Part shown: positions 52,621 to 64,000 of the stretch, piece by piece
How the letters are laid out: each line of letters opens with the position of its first letter
How positions within the stretch are numbered: the first letter of the stretch is position 1
NCBI RefSeq assembly: GCF_036588685.1
Contig: NC_086384.1
Location: forward strand, 37,572,001 to 37,636,000
Source: Mytilus trossulus
Lineage: Eukaryota
Length of the DNA stretch: 64,000 nt
Direction of reading: 5' to 3'
The notes under the pieces: model-generated
Databases searched by the model: none
The model's input: only the letters and a program-made list of their open reading frames with translations
Told to the model about the DNA's origin: nothing
Program-made: the position numbers and the translations under genes

Positions 52621-52723
52621 ACCTATGATTTTTTTACATTTCATAATCTGTGTCCTGGGCGGAGCATTCTATAACTACCTAGGTTTTTTACATTTCATAA
52701 CCTGTGTTCTGGGCGGGGCGTTT
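52621..52723. promoter_or_regulatory. Tandemly duplicated ~56-bp element, each copy with a GC box (GGGCGG)
   Basis: Two copies of tttttacatttcataa(t/c)ctgtgt(c/t)ctgggcgg; ATTGG (CCAAT) nearby at ~52767; 100-200 bp from the UTR micro-exon. Confidence 0.35.
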
Positions 52724-54947
52724 TGATTGACAGTGATTGCGGTATTTTGATATTCGACACGTAATCATTGGTCAATTAGGGAGACATGTGACATGTACTT
52801 CAGTCAAATTAATGTCATCTGCATATTAAAAGTACCAGTTAATAAAAGTTTATTAACGAGTTGTCAAGAGTCTGGTAATAAAAAAAATAAAGAAAATTAG
52901 ATGATAGCTACAAGATCGATCGTATTTTTTTTCTAGGAATGATTATAAAATAGCGCAATTAGTGGCCATCATATAATTAATTGCCTGTCGCTAAAATGAG
53001 TTGCTTAGGTGCGCTTTTTATTATAATGTCCGAGACGACACTTACAGCTTACCAATTGGATTCAACACCTATTCCAACAGAAATCGTGGATATTATGTGG
53101 AAATATTTATTATGAAAAAAAACCTATATTAAACCGATAAACACACAAAACAAATGTATACGGTGAGCTTTAGCTGTTATCTTTTAGGTCATTTTGGTCT
53201 CTGGTAGAGAGTTGTCTCATATGTTTATAATACAATATCAATTAAACAAATTATTTTCTCCAATATTTTCACAAAAAATAGCAGCACAGGATTTACTAGT
53301 AGATACATTTACATTTCAAGGTTTATGTAAACAGAATCGGTTTTGATTAAACATTTACTTGCAAATTGACATCACAACTTTTAAAATAACACCATATATA
53401 ATGTAAATTATTTGTAGCTAATGGTAAATACAAGTTTATTAAATGAATTTGATTTATCAGTTCTTTTATGTTTCCAATAAAGAAATTCATACAATCCGTC
53501 GCGTTACGTTTGCGCGAATTGTTCCTTTATTTGCGCGAAAAAAAATCACAACAATGTAAACTAGCAAACTGAAAATCCAAAATATGAAACTGAAATACAT
53601 GTATTCAATGTTCAGGAATTAGACAGAAACCTCAAATTTTACTGAATAATTATTTTTGGAATATGATATTGTCCATGAATCAGAAAGAAACCTTTAATTT
53701 TACTGAATATTTTTTTTTTGGAATGAGATATTATCGAAGCGACTCCAAACTAGAATATAAATGAACCATTTATGAAGGGTTGTGTAACGAATTTATACAT
53801 TACAGTTTATTGTAGATTTGTAAAGGTATTTTTTTAATACTGTCAATTCATGATATAAAAGCTGTATTTAGTGAATTAGTTTGATTATTAAAATTCCAGA
53901 CGATTACTTAAATGCAACTTAAAGGCAACATATCGCTGTTCGAAAGTCATAAATCGATTGAGAAAAAACAAATCCGGGTTACAAACTTAAACTGAGGGAA
54001 TCACATCAAATATAAGAGGAAAACAACGAAACAACAGAAATACTAAAGTGCACCAAAAAAATCACACGACACTGCAACAAACACAGAAACGAACTATAAG
54101 ATAACAATTGCCATTTTCCAATTATAAATATGATTCAAGCAAAGTGAATTATTGGGTGTATTTTGCAATCGGCGACGACGATGGAATCTGAGTTTTTAAC
54201 GACCTTTAATGGCTGTAGGTCTTGCACGCCTTAGGTGCATTTAAATAATTTGATTTTTATCATAAAGTAATTGATATAGATGTTTCAACATAGTGAATAT
54301 GGGTTGTAAAGTGTGAGGATCTCATAAAACAAATTCGATATTGGAACTTGTTATTTATATAAACATATATAAATAACAGGGTGTATTTTGCACTCGGAAG
54401 ACTACGACGACGTTGTCAATTGCATGTCAATTTCTTTAGCAACGCCACGTACTTCCTTAGTTTCTAGCGATAATTTTCCATCTCAAGCGAGTAGCATGAT
54501 ATAAAACTTATCACAAAAAAAGATCAAAGGAAAATTACTCAAAATAGCGATAATGGAGTTTATCGTTAAAAAATAACACCCATATTCTGAAAATCTGTTA
54601 TGGTGATTTGTTTGAGTGTCAAAAAATCAATTGTATATTGTCATGTATATTCAAAGATTTATTAGTTATCAAGTAATCACTATATAGCAATAATTAGATA
54701 TGTGATGCCTGCCAATGAGACAACTCGCTACCAGACGACATAAAATGACGTAGATGTAAGCAGTCATAGGTCATCGGTCATGACTAATTGACACACACTG
54801 TTATTAACAAAGTCAATAGACACAGAGAGGGTCATTGATAGATTTATAGCTGATGCAAAGAACTTTCCTTGCTGCCAGTGTTTGAAATACATGTACATGT
54901 ATGACAGTTATTATTTGCAATGTTTCACAGTAGTCTAGACCTGTTAA

Positions 54948-55260
54948 GGGGGCTACCATTTGATTTTTAGGGGGTAGGATGGGGTTAGGATGGAATTTGC
55001 CAAATATAAACAGGACAGGATTTTTGAGTAAAATAGGCAGGATGAGTTATTTTGCAAAATAAAAAGGCAATACGACCATTTCTGTAAAAACAAGTCAGGA
55101 TATACTAATACAAAAGGCAGGACGATCATTTCTGTAAAAAAAAAAGTCAGGATATACCAATAAAAAAGGCAGGACAGAAAAAAGTGAAAAATAAATAGGC
55201 AGGACAAAATGTTCATCATAGCCCCCACCTCCAACCTCCCTGAAAATCAAATGGAAGCTT
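54948..55260. mobile_element. MITE-like element with internal aaaaggcaggac repeats
   Basis: GCTACCATTTGATTTTTAGGG versus inverted CCCTGAAAATCAAATGGAAGC; TTAA at the left end. Confidence 0.55.
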
Positions 55261-55968
55261 GCGTATGATAAACCGTTCCTAATCAAATGTTGTCTGCATG
55301 TGCAATCGATTAAAACTGGAAGATTTGTAAATATAGACAGAAACGCTAGAATCTGTTATGCGTGCAAATAAAATTCTAAGGACTGAGGATTAATGTCTTT
55401 TTATTTAAAAAAGGTATCATATACATGTATGAAGGATTTCGTATATAGATTAAACATAATTGCTGAAGGAATCAATCAGCATTTAAACTTCTTTTTTTTG
55501 TCTTTTTTTTTTTTGTTATCTCTTCCTAATATAGAAGAACTTAATGATATTTGATAGTTTTCGTACGTAGCTGAACAAGAATAGAGAATTCAAACGGGGA
55601 TGTACCAAAAATTCCTCAAGACCACAGAACAGAAACAGTCCGACGCTCCTAAATAATAATCACGGTACACCTGTTCAGAGAAAATGAGGCCTACTAAAAT
55701 ACAAAAAAAAACATACAAACGAAAAAAAACCTGGAATAATTAATAATTTCTAAATGTGTATATCAAGCTTTAAAATTGTATAAATGTATACTCAGTTCCA
55801 AAATTATTTTCAATTGTATTAATGAATAATTATTACTTAATTGTACTTTGTTATGTTATTTTGATATCTATTTGAGTATAAGCAAAGCAGTATTGCTTTT
55901 AAAATAAGAATATACTATAAATGAATTATCATCAAGCTTTTTCGTCTATAAAGACTTATAGACTTATA

Positions 55969-56033
55969 TGAAGACTTTTGCCCTCCAGCATTTATTGTTT
56001 GTATAAATAAATGCTGGAGGGCAAAAGTCTTCA
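55969..56033. repeat. Perfect 28-bp inverted repeat with a 9-nt loop
   Basis: TGAAGACTTTTGCCCTCCAGCATTTATT-gtttgtata-AATAAATGCTGGAGGGCAAAAGTCTTCA. Confidence 0.95.
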
Positions 56034-56681
56034 ACCCAAGATAAACCTTATTGTCCTCAAATAACGTTCGCCTGTTTTTGAAAATAAAGATGAATTCATG
56101 GCAAAGCGGCTAAACATTCACCACGCACCATTGAAATTAATACTGAATAATTAGATTTACAAACATTAATGATTTAAAATCAAATTTCAAGTCAAAATGA
56201 AAACAAAAGTGTGTTCTAGAGAGATAACATACCCCTCATCTCTGTTTCATGGAGTTTTAAGATGGTCTTGTTCGACTGACGTTTAACTTTTATAAATTAA
56301 AACCACATTTAATATCTATACTCAAAAGATATAAAGAAACACTTGAACCTTACTTCAATATAATCAAAGGAGGAAATATAGCTCAAACGACCTCAAGAAA
56401 GAAAAAAAAAGATATATTATGGATTCATTTATTTTCGTGGTTACCAAGTTTTGTGGATAAAGCAAAACTTGCATGTTCGTGGATATTTCATGTCGTGGTT
56501 TTGCCGAAACCTGTATACGCGTCTACAGAAATTTTTCATTCTTTAAACATTTGGATTCACGACATTAACAAAAAGTAGTATCCAATAACAAATAATGAAT
56601 CCACATTAATAATTTTCAAAAGCAAAAGTTTTTTACCAATAATTTTGATATTAATGAAATCATTGAAATTATTGAACTTAC

Positions 56682-56745
56682 CTGCTGTATGGTTGACCAA
56701 TTATTTTATAACTGTCAAATACAAACACCTTTGCAGACTTTTATA
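56682..56745 (-). promoter_or_regulatory. Candidate PKS core promoter and first non-coding exon
   Basis: TATAAAAG at 56745-56738, Inr-like GACAGTT with A at 56713 (~32 nt downstream), consensus donor CAG|GTAAGT after 56682. Confidence 0.45.
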
Positions 56746-57118
56746 TTTTGTAAATGTTATATATGTTTATTTATTCATGCGTATCAAATATGTAAATACA
56801 TACATCACATCTTCCTATATCTAAATAAATAATTATTAATATTCATAGGTCCACTTATGGCTGACTATTCACATTAAGACATTTATGATAATAAAATTAT
56901 GATAACTTCAAATAATGACTTATTTACTTCATTTATTTAATTATAATGATTTGGCAATTATTAAAATGAGACAACTCTCCATCAGTGACCAAAGGACACA
57001 GAACTGATGCAAAACAGACGGAAAAATTCTTTGTTAACCTGTCTCATCATCGCTCTGTTAATAGGGGAATTAAACTGGACCCCTGCTGTTGTTTCATTCT
57101 TGCATATGTCAAAGTATC

Positions 57119-57817
57119 AATCAGCGGGTGGCCAGTTAATAAGGTTATCCAATCGGCAATCAGCAGTTAATAAAGTTATCCAATCGGCAATCAGCGGGTG
57201 GCCAGTTAATAAGGTTATCCAATCGGCAATCAGCGGGTGGCCAGTTAATAAGGTTATCCAATCGGCAATCAGCGGGTGGCCAGTTAATAAGGTTATCCAA
57301 TCGGCAATCAGCGGGTGGCCAGTTAATAAGGTTATCCAATCGGCAATCAGCGGGTGGCCAGTTAATAAGGTTATCCAATCGGCAATCAGCGGGTGGCCAG
57401 TTAACAAGGTAATCCAATCGGCAATCAGCGGGTGGCCAGTTAATAAGGTAATCCAATCGGCAATCAGCGGGTGGCCAGTTAATAAGGTAATCCAATCGGC
57501 AATCAGCGGGTGGCCAGTTAATAAGGTTATCCAATCGGCAATCAGCGGGTAGCCAGTTAATAAGGTTATCTAATCGGCAATCAGCGGGTAGCCAGTTAAC
57601 AAGGTTATCTAATCGGCAATCAGCGGGTAGCCAGTTAACAAGGTTATCTAATCGGCAATCAGCGGGTAGCCAGTTAATAAGGTTATCTAATCGGCAATCA
57701 GCGGGTGGCCAGTTAATAAGGTTATCTAATCGGCAATCAGCGGGTGGCCAATTAACAAGGTAATCCAATCGGCAATCAGCGGGTGGCCAGTTAACAAGGT
57801 AATCCAATCGGCAATCA
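57119..57817. repeat. 39-bp minisatellite, ~18 copies (AATCGGCAATCAGCGGGTGGCCAGTTAATAAGGTTATCC)
   Basis: Direct reading; one unit lacks GGGTGGCC (~57164); variant SNPs occur in adjacent blocks. Confidence 0.97.
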
Positions 57818-57939
57818 TCGACTGAATCAGGAATTGGCCGAGTTGTGACGACTGTAGGGAAATATTGATATAACTTTAAAAGGCAGAAGTACAACACCCC
57901 GAACTGAACCTTTTGAACAGAATGCCTATTTTGTTTTGG

Positions 57940-58290
57940 TCAATACTACTGCTGGTGGAGCTTTTATTTTCCGAAGATATCACCAGCCCAGTAGTCAGCA
58001 CTTTTGTGTTGACATGAATTATCATTGCTATGGTCATAATTATAAATCAGCTGTTGACAAAACTTTGCACCTTTGAAACACTAAGGATTTCTACATCAGG
58101 AATAGATAACTTAAGTTTTATTTGGCCAAACTTGTAGGATGTTTTGGCCCTCAATGCTCTACAACTTCGTTTTGTTTGATCGGCCTTTTCAACATTTTTA
58201 GATTCGAGTGTCACTGATGAGTCTTTTGTTTGCGAAAAGCGCGTTTGATGCAAGTACAAAATTCTAATTCTGGTTTCTATGATGAGTTTA
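57940..58290 (+). mobile_element. Degenerate retrozyme-family copy (hammerhead remnant 58208-58251)
   Basis: Reverse-complement homologue of 6060-6400; CTGATGA and GAAA are kept, stem II and the cleavage triplet are mutated. Confidence 0.6.
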
Positions 58291-58756
58291 TTTGATATAA
58301 AATCAAGAGACAGACTAACAATACCCAGCTTAAGACCTGTTCTAAGTCCGAAACCTGAAATTCAGCGGTTGTCGTTTCTACTTAAGAAAATGTTTGTACC
58401 TAGTCAGAAAATGACAGTTGTGATCCATTCGTTTGATTTGTTTGGGCTTTTAATTTTGCCATTTGATTACAGACTTTCCGTTTTGAAATTCCTTAGGAGT
58501 TCGGATTTTTTGTTATTTGACTTTGTGTTGATGTGCTTCATAAGTGGTTCTCGTGCATCGTTTTTAAATAGATAATACCGTTGGTTTTCTTTTTAAATTT
58601 GCTTTGCACTAGTTTTTAAGGCCCTGTATAGCTTGCTGTTTGATATCAGCCAATGCTCCTTGTTGCAGGCAGTTCTTTAACCTTTGAAAGTTATTTTTGA
58701 CACATTGTGAATTGGACGGAGAGCTGTCTCATTGACACTCATACCACATCTTATCA

Positions 58757-61700
58757 TTATCTGCATTTTCCATTTTTTAAATCATGTTTTCAGGGACCTA
58801 ATCACTCATTCATTTAAAACAGAACTGCCAAATATTGGCCTATATTATGAATATTATATATTTCACAGAAATACGCCATAATGGTCACGTATCTAAGACA
58901 GTTCACAATAATGCACAACATTTGTCGATGATAAATAACAGTTCACCGAAATACACCATAATGGTCACGTATCTAAGACAGTTCACAATAATGCACAATA
59001 TTTGTCGATGATAAATAACAGTTCACAGAAATACACCAAAATGGTCTATTATATGAAGTACTAGTAGTTTACAGAAATGCAGCATAAATGTCGATTGCAT
59101 AAGGCAGAAATTTACAAAAAAACCCGCTTATATAACAGTACAAATTTTGAAATCTTAATACTAATCGGCATTCAGCGTTAGTACATGCGCCCTCAAGTTG
59201 TAGTGATCTTTTTGTACTAATTTAGTACTTATGGGGTCAGTTACTTACAGTCCATGAATTATTTGATATAAAACAAAAAAAGATTTATTACATTATTATG
59301 TATGTTTTTCATATGCATAAGTATTATTTATATACATAATTTACTATATATAAATATAAATTATGTGAACAAAATAATCGAAGGGTGCTAAGGACCGGTC
59401 ATGGCTTCATGAGGGCAAATTTTAATTGACTTTTAACGTATGACAGATGTTCAACTCAAACCATAAAAAGGTTCCATGTCAGCAAATTTTTGAATGAATA
59501 CAAATTTAACGGTTTTGTTGATCATCAATCGGGATAAAGATTGCTCAGGTTTACTAAGTTATAGATTTGACTGTTGTTATCCATTCGTTTGATATGTCTG
59601 AGCTTTTGTTCTTACCATTTGATTACGAACTTTTCGTTTTGAAATTACCTCGGCGTTCGGATTTTTTGTTATTTGACTTTTTGTTGATGTGCTTCATAAG
59701 TGGTTCTCGTGCATCGTTTTTTAAATAGATTATACCGTTGGTTTTCTTTTTAAATTGTTTTGCACTAGTTTTTTAGGCCCTATATAGCTTGCTGTTTGAT
59801 ATCAGCCAAGGCTGCATGTTGCAGGCAGTTCTTTAACCTTTGAAAGTTATTTTTGACACCGTGTGAATTGGATGGAGTGTTGTCTCATTGACACTCATAC
59901 CACATCTTATTATTTCTATGTGCATCTTTTTATTCATATCTAAATACTACAATGTTTTTACTGACGAAAAAGGAATATGCGCCCGAGTTTGACTGCAAAT
60001 CGATCTTATTTACTATTGTTCTTGTTCGTATCTTCCAAAACTTATATAGATATAAGAAGATGTGGTATGAGTGCCAATGAGACAACCCTCCACCCCAAGT
60101 CACAACTTGCAAAAAAAACCCAATTATTGGTCAAAATACGGTCTTCAACACGTATCCTTCAAATTGGCTGATACCAAACAGTGAGCTATAAAGGGCCACA
60201 AAAACTCGTGTAAAACCTTTCAAACGGGAGATCAGTATAATCTATATAAAAACGATATATACATGCCAGCTGAAGCACGCTTCCGGATGCAGAATCGTCT
60301 CGCTTTGTTGATGACATATTTGTGACCTTCATCTGTTTATTTCTCTTTGGTACGGTTGCTGTCTCTTTGGCACATTCCCCATTTCTATTTTCATTTTGTT
60401 AGTACTAGTGTACTTTATCGGGATTAGGATCAATTAAAGTACAACATATGACATAGTTCGCAGTACATATGTTCTTGGTTGTACAAACGATATATAAGTG
60501 GAGTGCTTGCTTTATACTGATTTAATTGTAAGAATTGTATTATCACAAATAAAAAAAAACCATAACATTGTAATTTATGACATCAATATATCATTTTGCC
60601 AAACAATTATTATACTTTGTCAAGAAACCGACAAGTTTAGGAATTGATATTAATAAAAAGAAGTTTGATTAACAATAAAACAGGTAAAATCATCTTTTGT
60701 CTGAATCAAATGAACAATTTAATGATAACATTGCTACCGTAAATATAGTTTGCTGGTAAAATTAACGAGAACATTTGAATTGATTTAAATCGGGGGAAAA
60801 TACTATATCCCGAATTTACATGTTTTGTATTATTTCCGATAAAATATCATTTTGTGGCGAATTAACAAAAGACTTTTATCAATAACAACCTTTATTATGT
60901 ACGTTTATGTAAATTTTCCAGGATACTGCTCTCGAGGGGCGCTCCGAATAACGGAGGAATCTACCAGGACATAAATACATAATACAGTTTTATGTAAATG
61001 AAATATATCGTTATTAGTTTATAAGAAACAAACAGGATTATTCAAAAATATATACCACATCAGACTTCTTTTGTTACAAAACGTGGACAGAACTATCTAA
61101 GAAAAAATGCACTTGTTAATAATAAGTTAATTTGTTTAGTTGTGTAAGGATCGTCCTTTGCACTTTTAAGCCACTATAAGATTGACATTATAAAAAAAAA
61201 AATAAAAATAATCATAAACGACAGGAATTGTATATCTGTATATCATTTTGTCATATATTTATTGTATTTTGTCAAAAAAAAAGACTAACTAATAATATAA
61301 AATAGAAGCTAATCATACACATAATTAATTACTATTATAGTAGTGCCCCTTTAAGGATGAAGTATCGTTCGACCATTATTAAAAAAAAATGTGATGTGAT
61401 ATAGATACATTGGATAAGCGTTGATTCTTAAAAACGAAACCATGAGCTCCCAATAATGAAAACAACTTTATGTTAATGGTGCAATTGCATATATACAAGA
61501 CATATATGCACTTATGAAAAAGACAGATTTCTGATTAATCTTTGTTCTTAAAGAAATTTAGAATTCAACAATTATTACAAAAAATATGTATCCAACACAA
61601 AATATGACCGGTGACTTCCTTACATTATCCGGTCCCTTAAAACAAAATTTCCATTTGATAAGGTACACGTTGACAACTAGTATTTTAGCAGAAGCATACT

Positions 61701-63063
61701 CTTTCTCATACATTTTTTTGCAAACAACTAATATACGATATAGCTGATAGGAACTATACATATATCAATTTTTGATATACCATCTAATTACTATACCATC
61801 TAATTACTATACCATATAATAACTATACTTTGGCAACAAATGAAAAATTGTTGGATAGGTAATTATATCGGAATTTTCTTGTTTGTACAACTGACCTCCA
61901 AGTGACACTTTAAGGTATACACATTTTAAACACCATATCTGGGAATTTTAAGATTTAAGTTCCGTTTCTATGCTTGACTTCAGGTAATTTTTTTTATAAA
62001 ACAAAGTATATGTAGAAATTAATTATGGAAAACAAAACAAAATGAACGATGCTTTCGACCGTTCGTAGCATTTCAATGTGTTTAAATACTCAAAGTCCTT
62101 TGTACAAATGATGCTAACAAATACATTTGTTAGAAGTAACATGATGCTAGTCTTTGATTGAGAGGGAATAGAGAGGTAAATTGTCTTCAGTGAGATGTTA
62201 TCTGCATTTTTCATTTTTTAAATCATATTTTCAGGGACCTAATCATATTAAATATAATCCTAAAACAGAATTGCCAAATATTGGCCGTTAATATGAAATA
62301 GTTCACAGAAATACAAAATAATTGTTACTAATGTAAGACAGTTCACAGTAATCCACAATATTTGTCGATGATAAATAACAGTTCACAGAAATACACCATA
62401 ATGGTCTATTATATGAAATAGTTTACAGAAATTCAGCATAAATGTCGATTGCATAAGACAGTTCACAGAAATTTACAAAAAATAACGCTTATATAACAGT
62501 ACAAATTTTGAAATCTTAATACTAATCGGCATTCAGCGTTAGTACATGCGCCCTAAGTAGTAACCTTTTTGTACTAATTTAGTATGAGGTCAGTTACTAA
62601 CAGTCGATGAATTATTTGATATAAAACAAAAGATTTATTACATTAATATGTATGCATTTTATATGCATAAGTATTATTTATATACATACTTTAGTATATA
62701 TAAATATGAATTATGTGAACAAAATAATCGAAGGGTGCTGTGGACCGGTCATGGCTTCATGAGGGCAAATTTTAATTGACTTTTAACGTATGACAGATGT
62801 TCAACTCAAACCATAAAAAGTTTCCATGTCAACATATTTTTTAATTGAATAAAATTTTAAAGTTTTTGTTAATTATCAATCGGGATAAAGATTTCTCAGG
62901 TTTAATCCACAATTTTTTGCATAGGAAAATGCCTGTACTAAGTCATAGATTTGACTGTTGTTATCCATTTGTTTGATGTGTTTGAGCTTTTGATTGTGCC
63001 ATTTGATTAGGGAATTGACATTTTGAATTGTCCTCAGTGTTCGGTATTTTGTTATTTAACTTT
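58757..63063. repeat. Local segmental duplication 58757-59680 ~ 62198-63063 (also 58415-58760 ~ 59565-59915)
   Basis: Long near-identical runs, e.g. ctaatcggcattcagcgttagtacatgcgccct and ggaccggtcatggcttcatgagggcaaatttt, in both copies. Confidence 0.85.
58861..59110. repeat. 80-bp tandem repeat built of two diverged 40-bp monomers (second array ~62300-62470)
   Basis: gttcacagaaatacaccataatggtcacgtatctaagaca alternates with gttcacaataatgcacaacatttgtcgatgataaataaca. Confidence 0.8.
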
Positions 63064-64000
63064 TCACTTTCCCTACACAATGCATATGATTTATCGTCCA
63101 AGACGCAACATGCTGAAAAAATATATGAATACATCTTGCACAGTCAAAACGATGCCATGTACCCTTTTCCTTCATCAAAATACCAGTCGAGAGAATGTTA
63201 ATTCATTCTCAAGCACATGATATATCTGCTTAATTACACCGAATGTTAATGTTAAAAAACGCATGGATGATCGTGACGTTACAAGTGTCTAGTCAAATAG
63301 AGAATTGTGTGGCAAATACAAAGGGCAAAAAGGCATATCCTTTTTACAAATACCCCGGCGGCGTTTAAAAAATGAATGATATCAATTTGATAACAGTGAA
63401 TAGGTGAAAATTACACTGGCTTTCAACCAATCAAAACCCAGGATTCTTACATAAGGTGTATTTATGAAAAAAAAACCTATTCAAATACATACAATGTACA
63501 TGTTGTTTATTTCTGTGTTATTTTGTCTCCAGTGGAGAGTTGTCTCATTGGCAATCATAATACAATTTTCATATTTGATAAACTAAATTAAATGTGAATT
63601 GATATTAGTTAATGCGAGTACTATTTTTCTGGTACTTTTCTGTATTTCATATTTTATTAGAGTTGTGATAGATACTGTTCAAAGTAAGGATATTTAGTAA
63701 CCGTAAATGTGTGTGCTTACATATTGGAACTTCATTAATGCTGTTCAAATAAATAATATGTATTGATACATTAAAATACTAATTTTACTTAAATTAAAAA
63801 AAAAAATCAGCATTAAGCAATAAAACCCTTTGGGGGTCCCTCAATCTAACCTTTTTGTACTTTTGTTTATTCATATGGTCAAATACAAAACGACGTTTAA
63901 ATATTTAATGTACAATAAGACGATTTATTACATTCTAATGTTTGTATATTTTGGCATAAGTACTATAACTATTTATATACAATATAAACTACATGTGTAT

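Noticed and set aside
57007-57897. Repetitive ORFs (SAISGWPVNKVIQ)n and (WPPADCRLDNLIN)n, and a CRISPR-like appearance
   Set aside because: A 39-bp unit (multiple of 3) keeps several frames open on both strands. There are no unique spacers, no cas genes and no splice support.

Overview
AT-rich, intron-containing, repeat-dense animal genomic DNA. The repeat families resemble those I recall from mytilid mussels, which is an inference. The main feature is a spliced, minus-strand type I polyketide synthase gene that I assembled by hand from 10 coding exons (49497->34656, 8589 nt, 2862 aa, every junction GT-AG and phase-consistent). Its architecture is [G/P/M/Q-rich N-terminus]-KS-AT-DH-acidic linker-pseudoKR-degenerate ER-KR-ACP-condensation(C) domain-PH domain-acidic tail ending in -ITSF. 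The ORF track shows only part of the PH domain, which sits on two phase-1 exons beyond the 7-kb exon. On the plus strand, converging on the PKS, is a 4-exon gene for a 192-aa secreted Frizzled-CRD-only protein (17947-22185), plus the last two exons of a tandem paralogue at the window start. Non-coding space holds minimal type I hammerhead ribozyme (retrozyme-like) repeats, including an apparently intact two-ribozyme unit with a 336-nt monomer. It also holds a Penelope-like RT fragment, a 5'-truncated LINE, a Helentron/HINE-like insertion, several MITEs, local segmental duplications and a 39-bp CCAAT-bearing minisatellite upstream of the candidate PKS promoter.
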